58,613 nt of DNA from a virus (lineage: Duplodnaviria; Caudoviricetes), in IMG/VR virus record IMGVR_UViG_3300030102_005973, positions 1-58,613 of that record. One strand, written 5' to 3'. Both the position numbers and the translations under genes were made by a program. Positions 28,322-39,068 of the stretch are shown in pieces; position 1 is the first letter of the stretch; every line of letters begins with the position of its first letter. The notes under the pieces are model-generated. The model was given only the letters and a program-made list of their open reading frames with translations, did not search any database and was not told where the DNA came from.

Positions 28322-29482
28322 CTAAGTTCTTTTTATACTTTTAATTCTCAGTCCACTGCTTGATGGCGATGAAACTGATTTTACTTGGAACCCAGATTTT
28401 ACAACTGTTTCAGGAGAAGAACGCTCAGACATGTTTATATTTTTTGTCTTACGCATAACATCTTCTGTTGCACTTGACTTTCCTTGCTCATAAAAAAATC
28501 GAGCAAATTTATCAGGGTTCATTGCGATAGCTAAAGATCTGTGATATCCTTCTGCATCTTTTAAAAGACCTTGATCATCCAAAAACTTTTTTACAAAATT
28601 CATTGGAGTTTCTTGCATCTTTTTCAATTCAGAAGCACTTCCAGGTGAAAAGTATACCTCGCTTTCGTCTAAATTGAACTTAAAACCTTTAAATTCATTA
28701 TTGAATACCTCATCTGTTTTTTTAACAAAGTATTCGCCTTTGCGTTTTGCTTCTTCCTGTTGACTTTGAGCCGATTGAACATATTGCTTATAAGCCTTAT
28801 ATTCTTCAGTATCATTGAACGAGTTTTCTCTTGACTCAAGAGGAACCTTGTATTGTTCTTGTTGATCCTTAAAAAATCTTTTTGCTTTAGCAATAATTTT
28901 TTTCTTTGCTAATTTAGTTTTCTTGATTACTGATTCATCGTCTACTTCCTCATCATATTCATAGTCCTCCATTAGAGAATTAATATCTTCCGGATCTAAA
29001 CCTTCCTCAGTAATTGTTAAATACTCTCTTACCAAAGCATCGGAATTAAGATTAGAATAATCTTTTTGTAATCTAACAAAATCTTCTAAACTTCGTCCCG
29101 TTTCTTTTTTATATTTAAAGTAAGCCGCAACATCTTCAGGCAATTTAGGTGCCTCTTCTCTTGCGCTAATTAATTCATCAATAGAATTAATTTCCTTACC
29201 ATATCTACTTCCAATAAACGAAAGAACTTCTTCTTCAGATAATTCTTTTGGCTGTGGAGTTTCTTCAACTGGCTCCTCTACTTTTTCACTAGCTTCTTCA
29301 GTTGTCTCCTGCGCTTGAGATTTATCTTCCTGTTCTACGACAGGCTCTTCTTTAGAATCTTTGTTTGAAGTCTCTTCAAACTTTAATTCTTGTTGGGCTT
29401 GATGTTTGTCGAGTAATTCTTGTTCAACTTCTTGTACTGATTTCTCTTCAACATCAGTAAGCTCTCTTACTTTGATTTCCAT
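28322..29482 (-). CDS. Putative scaffolding protein
   Basis: Very acidic and helical; between portal and capsid genes. Confidence 0.65.
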   Translation of the reverse strand: MEIKVRELTDVEEKSVQEVEQELLDKHQAQQELKFEETSNKDSKEEPVVEQEDKSQAQETTEEASEKVEEPVEETPQPKELSEEEVLSFIGSRYGKEINSIDELISAREEAPKLPEDVAAYFKYKKETGRSLEDFVRLQKDYSNLNSDALVREYLTITEEGLDPEDINSLMEDYEYDEEVDDESVIKKTKLAKKKIIAKAKRFFKDQQEQYKVPLESRENSFNDTEEYKAYKQYVQSAQSQQEEAKRKGEYFVKKTDEVFNNEFKGFKFNLDESEVYFSPGSASELKKMQETPMNFVKKFLDDQGLLKDAEGYHRSLAIAMNPDKFARFFYEQGKSSATEDVMRKTKNINMSERSSPETVVKSGFQVKSVSSPSSSGLRIKSIKRT

Positions 29483-29507
29483 TAGATTTAAATTAGATTT
29501 TATTTTA

Positions 29508-29515
29508 CAAAGTTA
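29508..29515 (-). promoter_or_regulatory. -7 promoter element TAACTTTG
   Basis: TAnnTTTG match upstream of the scaffold gene. Confidence 0.6.
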
Positions 29516-29541
29516 TATAAAAAAAATATATGTTTTTTGGC

Positions 29542-31977
29542 CTATCTGGGCTCAAACTCGGCAAGATCAAAACCATCTAAACTGTCTTCATTTGACTCAA
29601 AGTTTTGTGGAGGTAAGTTGTTTTTTCTTTGATTGATTAGTTTTGATTGTTCACTGTTTTGCTGACTTATCCTTTGGCTTTTGGCTTTTTCGCGAGACTC
29701 TTCTCTTTGTGCTAATGCCATTCCATCCATGTTTCTAAGTCGTAAATTATATTGAAACTCCTGCTCCATCAGCTGGCTTTTGAGCTGGGCTTCTGCTTTG
29801 TTTCGCTCAATTTCAAGCTGCATCTCGCCTTGTTTGTATTTTAATTTACCTTGAGTTTCTAATTCAATTTTTTGAACTGCTACTTGTGCAGCAAGCTCTT
29901 GTGACTTTAACTGTTGTTGAGAAATCATAGCTTGCTTTTGCATCTCCCTTTGTTCGTCTTGCTCTTGCTTAGCTTTTCTTTTTACTTTCAGTAGTTGATT
30001 AGCTAACTTTATGTTTTTTATTTCACGGATGTCTATAGCGTCCTCTAGATTAATATCTCCTTTTGATAGAGCCATTTGAATATTCTGCTCTAACATTGCT
30101 TTTTGTTCTTCATCAGGCGAAAGTTCAATAAACACCCCAAAATCATATAAATACAGCTCAGATATCTCTCCCAATATACTAACATTGTATTTTCCAATCT
30201 TGTTTATAAAGTCGTCTTTAAAATCAGAATACTCTAAAATATCAGCTACCCTATACGTTAGCGCTTCCGCTAAGGTTCGATATATGTAAAGACTTCCATC
30301 TAATATATGTCGGGTAGCTGTATTTGAGCTTAGTGCTGCTAATTTTTGTACCCCAACAAGCGCATCTGGATTAGGCGTCGAACCGTCTCTAGCCTCATTT
30401 AAACCAGTAACTGACCTAATCATGTCTAAATAATGGTTGTAATTAGCAATCAACATTTGTGTTTTTGAAGCACCTGAGTTGCTAGTTAGTTGTTGAATAG
30501 GAACCCTTCCTTGGTTAAACTCACCTTCTTGGGTATAACTTCTACCAATTACACTACCCGTTTGGAAATATAATCTCAATGCGTCTTCAGGATTATACGC
30601 TGCTCCTGTACCTAAATCAACTTCATTTAATCCATCGGCGTCAATATATACACCATCCGGTACTGTTCTAGCAATAACTTGCTGAAGTTTTAAGTGCGTC
30701 ATTTGAATTAAATCAGCAAATGGTATCATTCTTCTTACCAAAGACTCTATCACACCTTTGTACATTCTTGGTGCAGCTGCTACATAATTAGGCATAGCGT
30801 GTTGAGAAGATGACTTGGGTCTAACCATGTTTTTGGCAAGCTCCCATTTTAATATAATGTTTGTTCCCATAACCATAACTCCGTCATACCAAACATCAAT
30901 AGTTTTTTCAATCTTTTCAAAGTTGCCTTCTTCAAGCATTTCTTCTGGGGGATTGAAAGAATCATCTTTTTCAATCATACGAGACGACCCATTATCATTG
31001 ATCTTTTTCTTATAGACCATCTTTTTGGTTGTCTTGTAATTAAAATACATTAGCGTACAAGTGTCTCGATAAAATATATCATTCTCATAATATTGAGCTG
31101 TGTTAAAATAATCATACCAGCTTTGGCTATATTGAGATATTTGTTCTAAATCTTCAGTGGTTAAAGTAGGGTCAATTTTATTCAATTCAGTGATTGAAAC
31201 GGTTTTTATTTCTCCCCAATAAAAACAATCTTTAAAAAATGGATCCTCTGTATAACTATAAACTACATTAGCAGGGTCTACATATGAAACCTTTACACCG
31301 CTGCCGGGCAAAAACTCATGTTTTGCCATACCAACCCCTACAACCATTTGATCATAATCTATACGCTTACGAGTATCTTCATAATGGTTTTCGGAAAACA
31401 TAGTGTCAATCGCCTCTTCTTCTGCTATCTCTATAGCGGGCTTATAATTGAGGTTCATGTATAGTGAAAGCTCCTCATCTGTAGCAGGAAGCTCATCTGG
31501 ATTCATTATAAAAGGATCAAATCCTGTATTTTCTTGTACTGTTGTTAAGATGTTTTTGGCGGCCATCTGACCCTCAATCATGTCTTGGTACTTGCTTCTT
31601 TTAGCTTGAGACAAGGCATCTTGTGCATAGGCTTTTACCTTAAACAGCCTATCTTGCATACCATTGACAACTATGTCCACAAATTTCGGAAGAATAGGAA
31701 CTGGAGTCCAATCTAAGTTTAAATATGAAAGATCACCATCAACAGCTAATTCATTTTTATACTTAGCTACAGACTGCTCCCCTCTAGCGTAAAGTCTTAA
31801 TCTGTTGAAGTCTCTCCATTGGCTGTAGTATCTACATCCATTAGAATCTTTTCTAAACCACTCATATTGTATCGCTTGTCCTATCTGTAAACCAAATTCC
31901 TTGGTTGCCTTTTCTGAGTCTGATACAAACTGACTTGGAAAACCTACAGATGAAATATTAATTTTTACGTCTTCCAT
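29542..31977 (-). CDS. Portal protein
   Basis: 811 aa directly after the terminase; RLYARGEQ, PKFVDIVVNG, TGLNEARDG motifs and a Gln-rich C-terminal coiled coil. Confidence 0.8.
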   Translation of the reverse strand: MEDVKINISSVGFPSQFVSDSEKATKEFGLQIGQAIQYEWFRKDSNGCRYYSQWRDFNRLRLYARGEQSVAKYKNELAVDGDLSYLNLDWTPVPILPKFVDIVVNGMQDRLFKVKAYAQDALSQAKRSKYQDMIEGQMAAKNILTTVQENTGFDPFIMNPDELPATDEELSLYMNLNYKPAIEIAEEEAIDTMFSENHYEDTRKRIDYDQMVVGVGMAKHEFLPGSGVKVSYVDPANVVYSYTEDPFFKDCFYWGEIKTVSITELNKIDPTLTTEDLEQISQYSQSWYDYFNTAQYYENDIFYRDTCTLMYFNYKTTKKMVYKKKINDNGSSRMIEKDDSFNPPEEMLEEGNFEKIEKTIDVWYDGVMVMGTNIILKWELAKNMVRPKSSSQHAMPNYVAAAPRMYKGVIESLVRRMIPFADLIQMTHLKLQQVIARTVPDGVYIDADGLNEVDLGTGAAYNPEDALRLYFQTGSVIGRSYTQEGEFNQGRVPIQQLTSNSGASKTQMLIANYNHYLDMIRSVTGLNEARDGSTPNPDALVGVQKLAALSSNTATRHILDGSLYIYRTLAEALTYRVADILEYSDFKDDFINKIGKYNVSILGEISELYLYDFGVFIELSPDEEQKAMLEQNIQMALSKGDINLEDAIDIREIKNIKLANQLLKVKRKAKQEQDEQREMQKQAMISQQQLKSQELAAQVAVQKIELETQGKLKYKQGEMQLEIERNKAEAQLKSQLMEQEFQYNLRLRNMDGMALAQREESREKAKSQRISQQNSEQSKLINQRKNNLPPQNFESNEDSLDGFDLAEFEPR

Positions 31978-34254
31978 CTATTTGATTAATTCACTATATA
32001 TTCCTTTGTTACTATACCTTGCAAAGTTAAGATTTATTTTGTTTTGTTTTTGTTCGGGTAGATACAGGTTTTTTTGGTTGGCCATGATGGCTAAACCTGA
32101 GCTAATACTGGCATCAAACTTTGTTCTGTTATTAATATCAAATCGTGCCCACTCTTCTAATGTTCTAGTAAAATACATAGTCCCCATCTGATTTGCATCT
32201 CGATATGCACCAGTCAAATCAAGGCCAATGTGTTTTTCTATATATGACTCTATTGCAGAAGCATGGGACTGCTTTACATCTTCAGAAGTATTTGGTATAC
32301 CACCCAGCTCTCTTTCTGTTTTTGAAAGTTTATTAAAATGTTTATCTGGTCTATTCATACAAAAGCCACGGTACCCTCTGTTTTTGAAATGATAAAGTAG
32401 CCTTGGCTTATTGTTCTCAATCAGTATCGGCATGCTATAAAATATACAAGCCATCAAAACTTCTTCAAAAAATATCTCAGCTGTTTGTGGCCGGGCTACA
32501 TATTCAAGGAAAAACTCATTGCTTGGTGCTTCTTCCATATTAAATTTAGTCAAGCCATGCAACGCTCCATTAGATCCCCTGCCTACAACCGTTCCAGATA
32601 TGTCGTAAGAGTCACAGCCAAATGCTCCAATGTGTTCATTAGCCGGAAAATAATGACCGTGTTTTTTTAACTTTTTGTTTGTTATGTTTTTGTTGGGCAT
32701 CCATGAAACCTTGAATCGACCTTTTGGATCGGGAGAGAATATTACTCTTGAGTCCTGTATTCCGTTTTCCCAATAAAAACGTCCTCTTGTTACGTGATGT
32801 TCAATTATCAAAGAATCATTGTAATCAATCTGTTGATATATTTTTGTAAGGTTAAAAAGAGATGACTTGCTTTCATCTCTAAAGGCGTGAGATTCAGTTC
32901 TGGGAAACTGTCTGTAAAATTCATTCAAAGCATCAGGATCTTTTTTTAATGAATCTACTTCTGCTTGCCAATAATCTACTGCACCGTTACTAATATACTC
33001 GTTATCTACACCGAGCACAGACTGTTTAGGTTTATGAAAAACAGGCATACCATATTTATCAATAAATCCTTCCATGTTCCACTCCATAGGTATAAATAAT
33101 GAATACATGCCGCTTTTAGTTTGGCCGTTGGTGTTTCTTGTCTCAATATTTGAGTCCTCATATAGTTTCTTAAAATTATCTCCTCCTTTGCTAAGTGAGT
33201 TGGATGTGGAACCCATCATACACTTTCCAATAATTTTACTACCCAATCTTAAACAAGTTTTGGTTACACGCCAGTTATTTAAAATATTATTTGGCTTTAT
33301 CCACTTACCGCTTTCATCATGTACCAACAACAAAAGCTTTTCACCATCATATGAGTTCTCGTCTGTATTCTTCCAGTCTATTGTTGTATCCAAACCAAAT
33401 AGTTCCTCATCTACAGAATCATACATATTTTTTTTAGTAATCTTAGAAGCAGGAACTCGGAAAGCAAGTTCTGTTTTCGGCTTGTCCATACCATCTTGTA
33501 TGGGCTTGAAGAAAAAAGGTAGTCTGTTTGCAATTGGGACAACTTTATCAGTAAACATTTTTTTGGCGTCTGAACCTGTTTTGGACAGGATCCCAACCCT
33601 AGAATCTTTGACAAGGGTACCTGTATTAACGCACTCTGATGAACCCATAAATGAAAACCCTGATCTACGAATCTTCAGATATACTAAACCAAAAGATCTT
33701 TTATCTGCCTTACATGCTTCCCAAAAAATAAAAAATATTCTATTGGCTTCTCTAAAATCTGGATAGCCCACATCTATACTGGTCCACTGTAAATACATAT
33801 AATGTGATCCAGTCATATATATTGGCTTTCCATTATTGTAAAACCAAAATCCTTCTTCTCTTCTGTCAAACTCCTCTTCTATATAATTAACCCACTTATT
33901 TTTAAATACACTGGGCATCTCATTCCATTGGAATATAGTAGGAATACGGGACAGCTCCTTTGGTAATTCTTTACGTTCCCAATATTGTTGTGAGGTTGTC
34001 TCTGATCTTTTATGTATTTTGTTGGGAGCAGGGGGCAAAGCAATATTTAGTCCGTTAATATTTACTATATCCCCTATCTGTCCTGTCTTAGATATTACAA
34101 CAAGGTCATACTTTTCATTATATCCATAAGTCCACGTTTTAGCTCTATTCTTGTTAGAAAGAACAGTTTTAGTTACTAAATTTTTTACTACAAAAAAAAG
34201 TCTATTTTGATCTTCTCTCTGCAAATCCTTGTTTAGTTTGGACGCTGTTTCCAT
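31978..34254 (-). CDS. terL: Terminase large subunit
   Basis: K.RRSGFS Walker A-like, HDESGK Walker B, GST motif, nuclease GCDSYD, IENN and FDA motifs. Confidence 0.88.
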   Translation of the reverse strand: METASKLNKDLQREDQNRLFFVVKNLVTKTVLSNKNRAKTWTYGYNEKYDLVVISKTGQIGDIVNINGLNIALPPAPNKIHKRSETTSQQYWERKELPKELSRIPTIFQWNEMPSVFKNKWVNYIEEEFDRREEGFWFYNNGKPIYMTGSHYMYLQWTSIDVGYPDFREANRIFFIFWEACKADKRSFGLVYLKIRRSGFSFMGSSECVNTGTLVKDSRVGILSKTGSDAKKMFTDKVVPIANRLPFFFKPIQDGMDKPKTELAFRVPASKITKKNMYDSVDEELFGLDTTIDWKNTDENSYDGEKLLLLVHDESGKWIKPNNILNNWRVTKTCLRLGSKIIGKCMMGSTSNSLSKGGDNFKKLYEDSNIETRNTNGQTKSGMYSLFIPMEWNMEGFIDKYGMPVFHKPKQSVLGVDNEYISNGAVDYWQAEVDSLKKDPDALNEFYRQFPRTESHAFRDESKSSLFNLTKIYQQIDYNDSLIIEHHVTRGRFYWENGIQDSRVIFSPDPKGRFKVSWMPNKNITNKKLKKHGHYFPANEHIGAFGCDSYDISGTVVGRGSNGALHGLTKFNMEEAPSNEFFLEYVARPQTAEIFFEEVLMACIFYSMPILIENNKPRLLYHFKNRGYRGFCMNRPDKHFNKLSKTERELGGIPNTSEDVKQSHASAIESYIEKHIGLDLTGAYRDANQMGTMYFTRTLEEWARFDINNRTKFDASISSGLAIMANQKNLYLPEQKQNKINLNFARYSNKGIYSELIK
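32022..32029 (-). promoter_or_regulatory. -7 promoter element TAACTTTG (internal, upstream of portal)
   Basis: TAnnTTTG match about 45 nt before the portal start. Confidence 0.45.
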
Positions 34255-34483
34255 TTTTTTGACTTACTGTTATGTTTTCTTGCTCTTGGTCTATTTTACT
34301 TAATATATCAAAAGCATCGAATATGGCAAGCTTTTTTGTAGCTGCGGCGTTTTTTAACCTATCAGCTGCCAGCTCATCTTCAGGATCAGGTTTGATAATA
34401 TCTTCTTTTGCAACTTTTATTAATTGCTCTACCGCCTTTTTACCTGCTTGTATAATTTGTAATTTCAAAAGTTCTGAACTCAT
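34202..34483 (-). CDS. Putative terminase small subunit
   Basis: Short helical ORF overlapping the terL start. Confidence 0.5.
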   Translation of the reverse strand: MSSELLKLQIIQAGKKAVEQLIKVAKEDIIKPDPEDELAADRLKNAAATKKLAIFDAFDILSKIDQEQENITVSQKNGNSVQTKQGFAERRSK

Positions 34484-35043
34484 AAGGCTAAAGTAATTTG
34501 GTGGTCATACATTCTATAAAGCTTTTTGCCATCGACCGTAAAAGGATATTCACTCTCAGGTTTAAAACTCACTCTAGTACCTGAAGACACACCTTGAGAT
34601 TGAAGATACTCATTCGGGTATACCATTTCTCCAAGTAATGGCTCTTCTGTGCCTCGTTTATATATAATTGATTTTTCTTTTTCAACTGGTGATACAAAAC
34701 AATACCGGTCGTGACTATGCCACGTGTCTTTACTTTTGTAAAGAAAGAATTGATCCGTATCTACAAAAAACAAATCATCTTTAAAAAAACTTTTACCACT
34801 TTGTTGCCTACCTTTCATGTCGTTATAGAATTTAAAAACATTGTGATGAACTAACAGAGTGTCACCAACTTTAATAGGTCCATCATAATTTAAAGGCAAT
34901 GCTTGAACTTTGGCTTCTCTATTTGAAACGGTATAATCTTCTTCAGAAGAGCTTACTATAAACTCTAAGTTTTCAATCATCTTAGTGTTATTATACCTTT
35001 TGCCATTTACTGGTTTAACAATAAAATAAAATGGAGACCTCAT
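34480..35043 (-). CDS. Tandem GroES-like domain protein
   Basis: Two units resembling GroES: FIVKP...IKVGDTLL and FVSPV...G..VSF...TVDGKKLYRM...I. Confidence 0.5.
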   Translation of the reverse strand: MRSPFYFIVKPVNGKRYNNTKMIENLEFIVSSSEEDYTVSNREAKVQALPLNYDGPIKVGDTLLVHHNVFKFYNDMKGRQQSGKSFFKDDLFFVDTDQFFLYKSKDTWHSHDRYCFVSPVEKEKSIIYKRGTEEPLLGEMVYPNEYLQSQGVSSGTRVSFKPESEYPFTVDGKKLYRMYDHQITLAL

Positions 35044-35267
35044 TAAAAATTAATATTATATTCGATTGAAACAGGAACTTGGGATCTAAATTCTTTCCAT
35101 AGAAGTATTTCGTCTTTTCTTTGAATCCAAATTTTTATTGAATCAGAATCAGAATCGTATTGTATAAGATGAATAAAATATTTTCCATTTAAAATCTCTT
35201 GACCTACCAAATAGTGCATGGCACCTGATTTGTAATCTGGACCAACAGATATTTTTCTTATATCCAT
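35043..35267 (-). CDS. Small hypothetical protein
   Basis: IRKIS.G.DYK..AMHY.VGQ; coupled to the downstream gene. Confidence 0.6.
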   Translation of the reverse strand: MDIRKISVGPDYKSGAMHYLVGQEILNGKYFIHLIQYDSDSDSIKIWIQRKDEILLWKEFRSQVPVSIEYNINF

Positions 35268-35305
35268 TTAATTAAATTTGATTTGGATATAAAGATACAA
35301 ATATT

Positions 35306-35431
35306 TTAACGGCCTTGTCCTCGGTATAGTTTACGGTAGTTTTTTGAACTTTTGAGCGAAGAGCTTTTAGTTTTGGAGTGAACTCCGGGTCTTTTAACTT
35401 TGGACTTAATGCTAGTTGAATTAAAATTCAT
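35306..35431 (-). CDS. 41-aa basic protein ending YRGQGR
   Basis: Hand translation MNFNSTSIKSKVKRPGVHSK...NYRKLYRGQGR. Confidence 0.65.
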   Translation of the reverse strand: MNFNSTSIKSKVKRPGVHSKTKSSSLKSSKNYRKLYRGQGR

Positions 35432-35918
35432 TTACACTGTTGTTATTCATTATATCAGTCTTTTGTTTACTGCCTGCTGATGATCCAAAATAATATCCTA
35501 TTACCTGTGTAAAAGCAGCTACCACCGCACCAAATCCCATGTCAAACAAACGCTGTGATTCCTCTGGTATTTGCCATAAACCTATAGCTCCAGCTACCAC
35601 ACCCACAAAACAAATAGTTATCCCCCAACCAACTGTTTTAAAAAGTACATCATTTGATCCTGCAGCTAATGCAGCCATTTCTCTTTGCCTGGCTGAAGCT
35701 CTATCTGCTACCTCTGCTTCATAGGCTTCAAGAACCATTTCTTGAGCTCTAATCTTATCTTCTGGCGGTGCATCTGAATTTTTAATAGAGTCTACAACTT
35801 GTTCAACTGACATATCTCCTTGGACTAATTTTCCCAAGGTTGGATTTATCAGTCCAATTGAAGCTTTTAATATTCGTCCTACAGTAGTCTGTCCAAACTT
35901 TTTTTTAGGCTTGCTCAT
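35421..35918 (-). CDS. Putative holin / membrane lysis protein
   Basis: DRASARQRE motif, two TM helices, YYFGSS.GS motif; next to the endolysin; likely start MSKPKKK. Confidence 0.6.
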   Translation of the reverse strand: MSKPKKKFGQTTVGRILKASIGLINPTLGKLVQGDMSVEQVVDSIKNSDAPPEDKIRAQEMVLEAYEAEVADRASARQREMAALAAGSNDVLFKTVGWGITICFVGVVAGAIGLWQIPEESQRLFDMGFGAVVAAFTQVIGYYFGSSAGSKQKTDIMNNNSVNEF

Positions 35919-36375
35919 ATACTTTATATTGTGTTCTTCCGTCTTGTTTGTATGCACGAAGTATCCTCCCCCTGTTTTCATCTTTGGATATATAACTGAC
36001 ATGTACCCAATCAGGGTTCTTATCGTTTCCAAACTCCCATATCATCTGATCAAAGTTTAATTCGTTTTTTATAAAATTAAACATTTCTGCATTTGTTTTA
36101 TGACCAAAAGTATCATCCAGATCCATTGCTCTGCCCTCACAATGCTGTGAACGTTTACTGCCTCCAATAGCAGTGTTTAAGTCTTCGCATCTATAAAATG
36201 AATTTATTTTGATTGGTCCGCCTACGTAACGTCTAAGTGGTTCAAATACATTTATAGCAACTGCAGTCATGTTGCTAAGGGCATAGGGTGTAGGAGTATT
36301 GTCTATGTCAAGCCTTGTAGCAGTATTAGATTTGGTTGCTTCTTTATATGAAACATGGTTACTTATTCTTTCCAT
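35905..36375 (-). CDS. Endolysin, peptidase M15 family
   Basis: S.YR...LN..IGGS..SQH..G.A.D and WVHVS zinc motifs. Confidence 0.85.
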   Translation of the reverse strand: MERISNHVSYKEATKSNTATRLDIDNTPTPYALSNMTAVAINVFEPLRRYVGGPIKINSFYRCEDLNTAIGGSKRSQHCEGRAMDLDDTFGHKTNAEMFNFIKNELNFDQMIWEFGNDKNPDWVHVSYISKDENRGRILRAYKQDGRTQYKVYEQA

Positions 36376-36532
36376 ACATTATAAACCATTTATGAACAGT
36401 ATAGCCGATGGCTATTAAAGTTGCAATGATCTTCAAAGCAACATCTATATCAGTCATAGAGGTAGCAACAGCCGCTATGTTTAAACCATAGATTTTTATA
36501 TCAGTCAATGTTTCGGTCTTTAGATTTAACAT
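36359..36532 (-). CDS. Small holin-like membrane protein (about 57 aa)
   Basis: Hand translation ...DIKIYGLNIAAVATS...LKIIATLIAIGYTVHKW; overlaps the endolysin start. Confidence 0.55.
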   Translation of the reverse strand: MLNLKTETLTDIKIYGLNIAAVATSMTDIDVALKIIATLIAIGYTVHKWFIMYGKNK

Positions 36533-36583
36533 AAACGTATTTTATTTTTATATCTCCTCCAGTATGTGAACAAGTATACATAT

Positions 36584-36883
36584 TTATTTTTTTGTGGGTT
36601 TTTTACCTGCTCTATTTCCGCCTTTTAACGCTTTGGGCACGTGGCTAATTTGATTGCCCACTTCTTTTATAGCCTTAGAAACGTCTCTAAGCTCTTCTCC
36701 TACACGATCTACCTTGTTAGATACATCAGCCTTCATCTCGGCAAACTTTTCCTCTAAGATGTCAGGAATCATGTTATTATTCTCATCTTTAGTAAATCCT
36801 TTCTTAGTAAGCCAAATTGCTGCTACTATGTTAAAGATTATCAAAGATATTACTAGTATTACAATTAGTGTTATTACATCCAT
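36584..36883 (-). CDS. Membrane-anchored coiled-coil protein
   Basis: N-terminal TM helix plus heptads; next to the lysis genes. Confidence 0.5.
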   Translation of the reverse strand: MDVITLIVILVISLIIFNIVAAIWLTKKGFTKDENNNMIPDILEEKFAEMKADVSNKVDRVGEELRDVSKAIKEVGNQISHVPKALKGGNRAGKKPTKK

Positions 36884-36891
36884 AATTTTAT

Positions 36892-39066
36892 TTATTCTAC
36901 AAAAAGTTGTGTTACTTCAAATGAGCTAATTGCTTCATTAAAAATTCTGACCTGGTCTATTTCACCTATTATATTTTGTGTATTATTATAATATGCTCCA
37001 ATAAAAGCGTTGTAGATTGAATCTCCCGATGTCCAATTACCTGTTTGTGCACTACCTGAGCCATCAAGGCTATTATCTACATATATATAAGTGTTTGTTC
37101 CTGATACATTTAAATCCCAAGTTAAAACTAGATGATGCCAATCACCATCAGCATATGAAGAAGATGATGACAAGTCAATGGCGTGAGTACCGCTAGTTCC
37201 TTGATTAATAGTCACTCTAATTTTTCCATCAGTTTTCATCATTAAGTTTGTACCTAAATTTACTGTCCCATATCCTGAAGCTACTAATGGACTATTTACG
37301 GATGGGTTAGAATCAACATTAAACCACAACGAAAAAGTACCCTTATTTTGTGTCTTTAAGTTAGTATCTACATTGCTACTACCATTAAAACTCGCAGCTT
37401 TATCAAAATATCCACCAACATAAGCTTCAGTGCCTGTCCAGGTTCCATTGTATGTCGAGGAGTCTGTTGAGTTAGCATTATTTTCAAACTGATAAAGGGC
37501 TACTCCTGTGCTGCCGCCAAACACATCGAGAGTGCTTATAGTATTACAATACACCTCACTGTAAAGCTCTGAAACTTGATTATTTGAAAGTGCAGTTGAA
37601 AATATACGTACTTGGTCTACACATCCTCTTAACGGATGTGCGCTTAATAATGTGTTACTCGAATTTCTATATCGCCAAACACCTACTCTCCACTCCCCAC
37701 TTGAATCAAATGTTTGTGTAACAGTTGGTAAGCTTTGCTCTTCCCCATTAACCGAAACTTTAGTTAAAGTTCCGTTATTTCCACTCCAACAAACGTGATA
37801 CCACGTATCAACTTGTATTGTAGGCCCAAAACCAACGTATCCCTCGCTGCTTTGAAATGAAAATTTGTTTAAATTATAATCCCCTCTATAATATAAATTA
37901 AAATTCTTATCATTAGGGTGTGATGGTTCTATACTGTTTCCGATTATAAATTGAGCAGTAGTTCCAAGTTCATTTAATTTTACCCATACAGAACAAGAGA
38001 AAATACTTGTTGATAAAACTGATAAATCTAACCAATTAGAGGAATTATTTGTAAATTTTGAAGCTAGACCAAATGGCCCAGGTGTATATTGTGCTGTTCC
38101 AATCCACGTACCGTTATTAGCGTTAGCAGTAGAGTCATAAGCATTGCCATCAAGTTTATAATAACCTTCTGTACTTGTGTTGGTAGTTGAGCCAATTGCA
38201 TCTACTGAGTATCCAATTGTGTTAGTTGTACAAGGACATTGCACCTCACTGTAAAGTTCGGTTACTTGGTCAGAATCTAAAGCAGTTGAAAATATGCGTA
38301 TTTGGTCATATGATCCCCCTCCATAGTTTGTAAGATAATGACCTACTGTTAAAGTGCTTTTCCCGCTAATTGCTGTTGTGGAAGATAAGGTATTAAAAAG
38401 ACTTCCATCAACATAAACAAGTTTTTGTGTAGAAGTAGATACAAATACAAAATGATGCCAATTACCATCTCTCCATCCAGAGGGAGTTGTTCCAGTCATT
38501 CTTCCCCCCGAATTACTGCCAAAATCAAAATAGTAATTCCCGTTTTGGTGTAAAGCAAATCGCAAATTATTTGTAGCGGCAAGTGAGGAAGGGTCAGATG
38601 CAAAAAACGGAAAATTATTTACATTATCTATTTTAACCCAAATTGAAAATGAATAAGTATCTGTAAACCCAGTTAAAACATTAGGCAAGTCAATTCTACT
38701 ACTACTTCCATTAAATACAGCTGCTTGACTGTATGGAGAACCATTTACGTATGTAATATCAGTGGTAGTTCCGTCATAATTATTTGATGACTCATCTCTA
38801 GCAGAATAGTCAAGTTTGTAGTAAGCCACCACTGTTGAGCCAGGGGGATAATTTACGGTATCAGTTGTACACCCAGGTTCAGTTTGTATCTGTCTCCAAG
38901 TGCTTCCATCATAGTATTCAACATATTTTAATGTAGTATTATATCTCCATTGACCAGTTGAAGGATTCGCAGGTCTTGATGCTGTATCTCCAGTGGGAAG
39001 TTTTAAAGACGTATTTGTAGCGCCTAAATCAAATAGTTCCGGTGTATTTATTTTTGTTATTGCCAT
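36892..39066 (-). CDS. Fibre/adhesin with three LamG (ConA-like) domains
   Basis: Three repeats of Y.L/F....A...[ST].S.W...W.H...DQ.RIF..A; similar DNA around 37551-37617 and 38242-38308. Confidence 0.8.
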   Translation of the reverse strand: MAITKINTPELFDLGATNTSLKLPTGDTASRPANPSTGQWRYNTTLKYVEYYDGSTWRQIQTEPGCTTDTVNYPPGSTVVAYYKLDYSARDESSNNYDGTTTDITYVNGSPYSQAAVFNGSSSRIDLPNVLTGFTDTYSFSIWVKIDNVNNFPFFASDPSSLAATNNLRFALHQNGNYYFDFGSNSGGRMTGTTPSGWRDGNWHHFVFVSTSTQKLVYVDGSLFNTLSSTTAISGKSTLTVGHYLTNYGGGSYDQIRIFSTALDSDQVTELYSEVQCPCTTNTIGYSVDAIGSTTNTSTEGYYKLDGNAYDSTANANNGTWIGTAQYTPGPFGLASKFTNNSSNWLDLSVLSTSIFSCSVWVKLNELGTTAQFIIGNSIEPSHPNDKNFNLYYRGDYNLNKFSFQSSEGYVGFGPTIQVDTWYHVCWSGNNGTLTKVSVNGEEQSLPTVTQTFDSSGEWRVGVWRYRNSSNTLLSAHPLRGCVDQVRIFSTALSNNQVSELYSEVYCNTISTLDVFGGSTGVALYQFENNANSTDSSTYNGTWTGTEAYVGGYFDKAASFNGSSNVDTNLKTQNKGTFSLWFNVDSNPSVNSPLVASGYGTVNLGTNLMMKTDGKIRVTINQGTSGTHAIDLSSSSSYADGDWHHLVLTWDLNVSGTNTYIYVDNSLDGSGSAQTGNWTSGDSIYNAFIGAYYNNTQNIIGEIDQVRIFNEAISSFEVTQLFVE

Positions 39067-39068
39067 AT

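Noticed and set aside
37551-38308. Similar DNA segments in the LamG gene as DGR template/variable repeats
   Set aside because: No reverse transcriptase, differences are not adenine-specific, and both copies are coding domain repeats.
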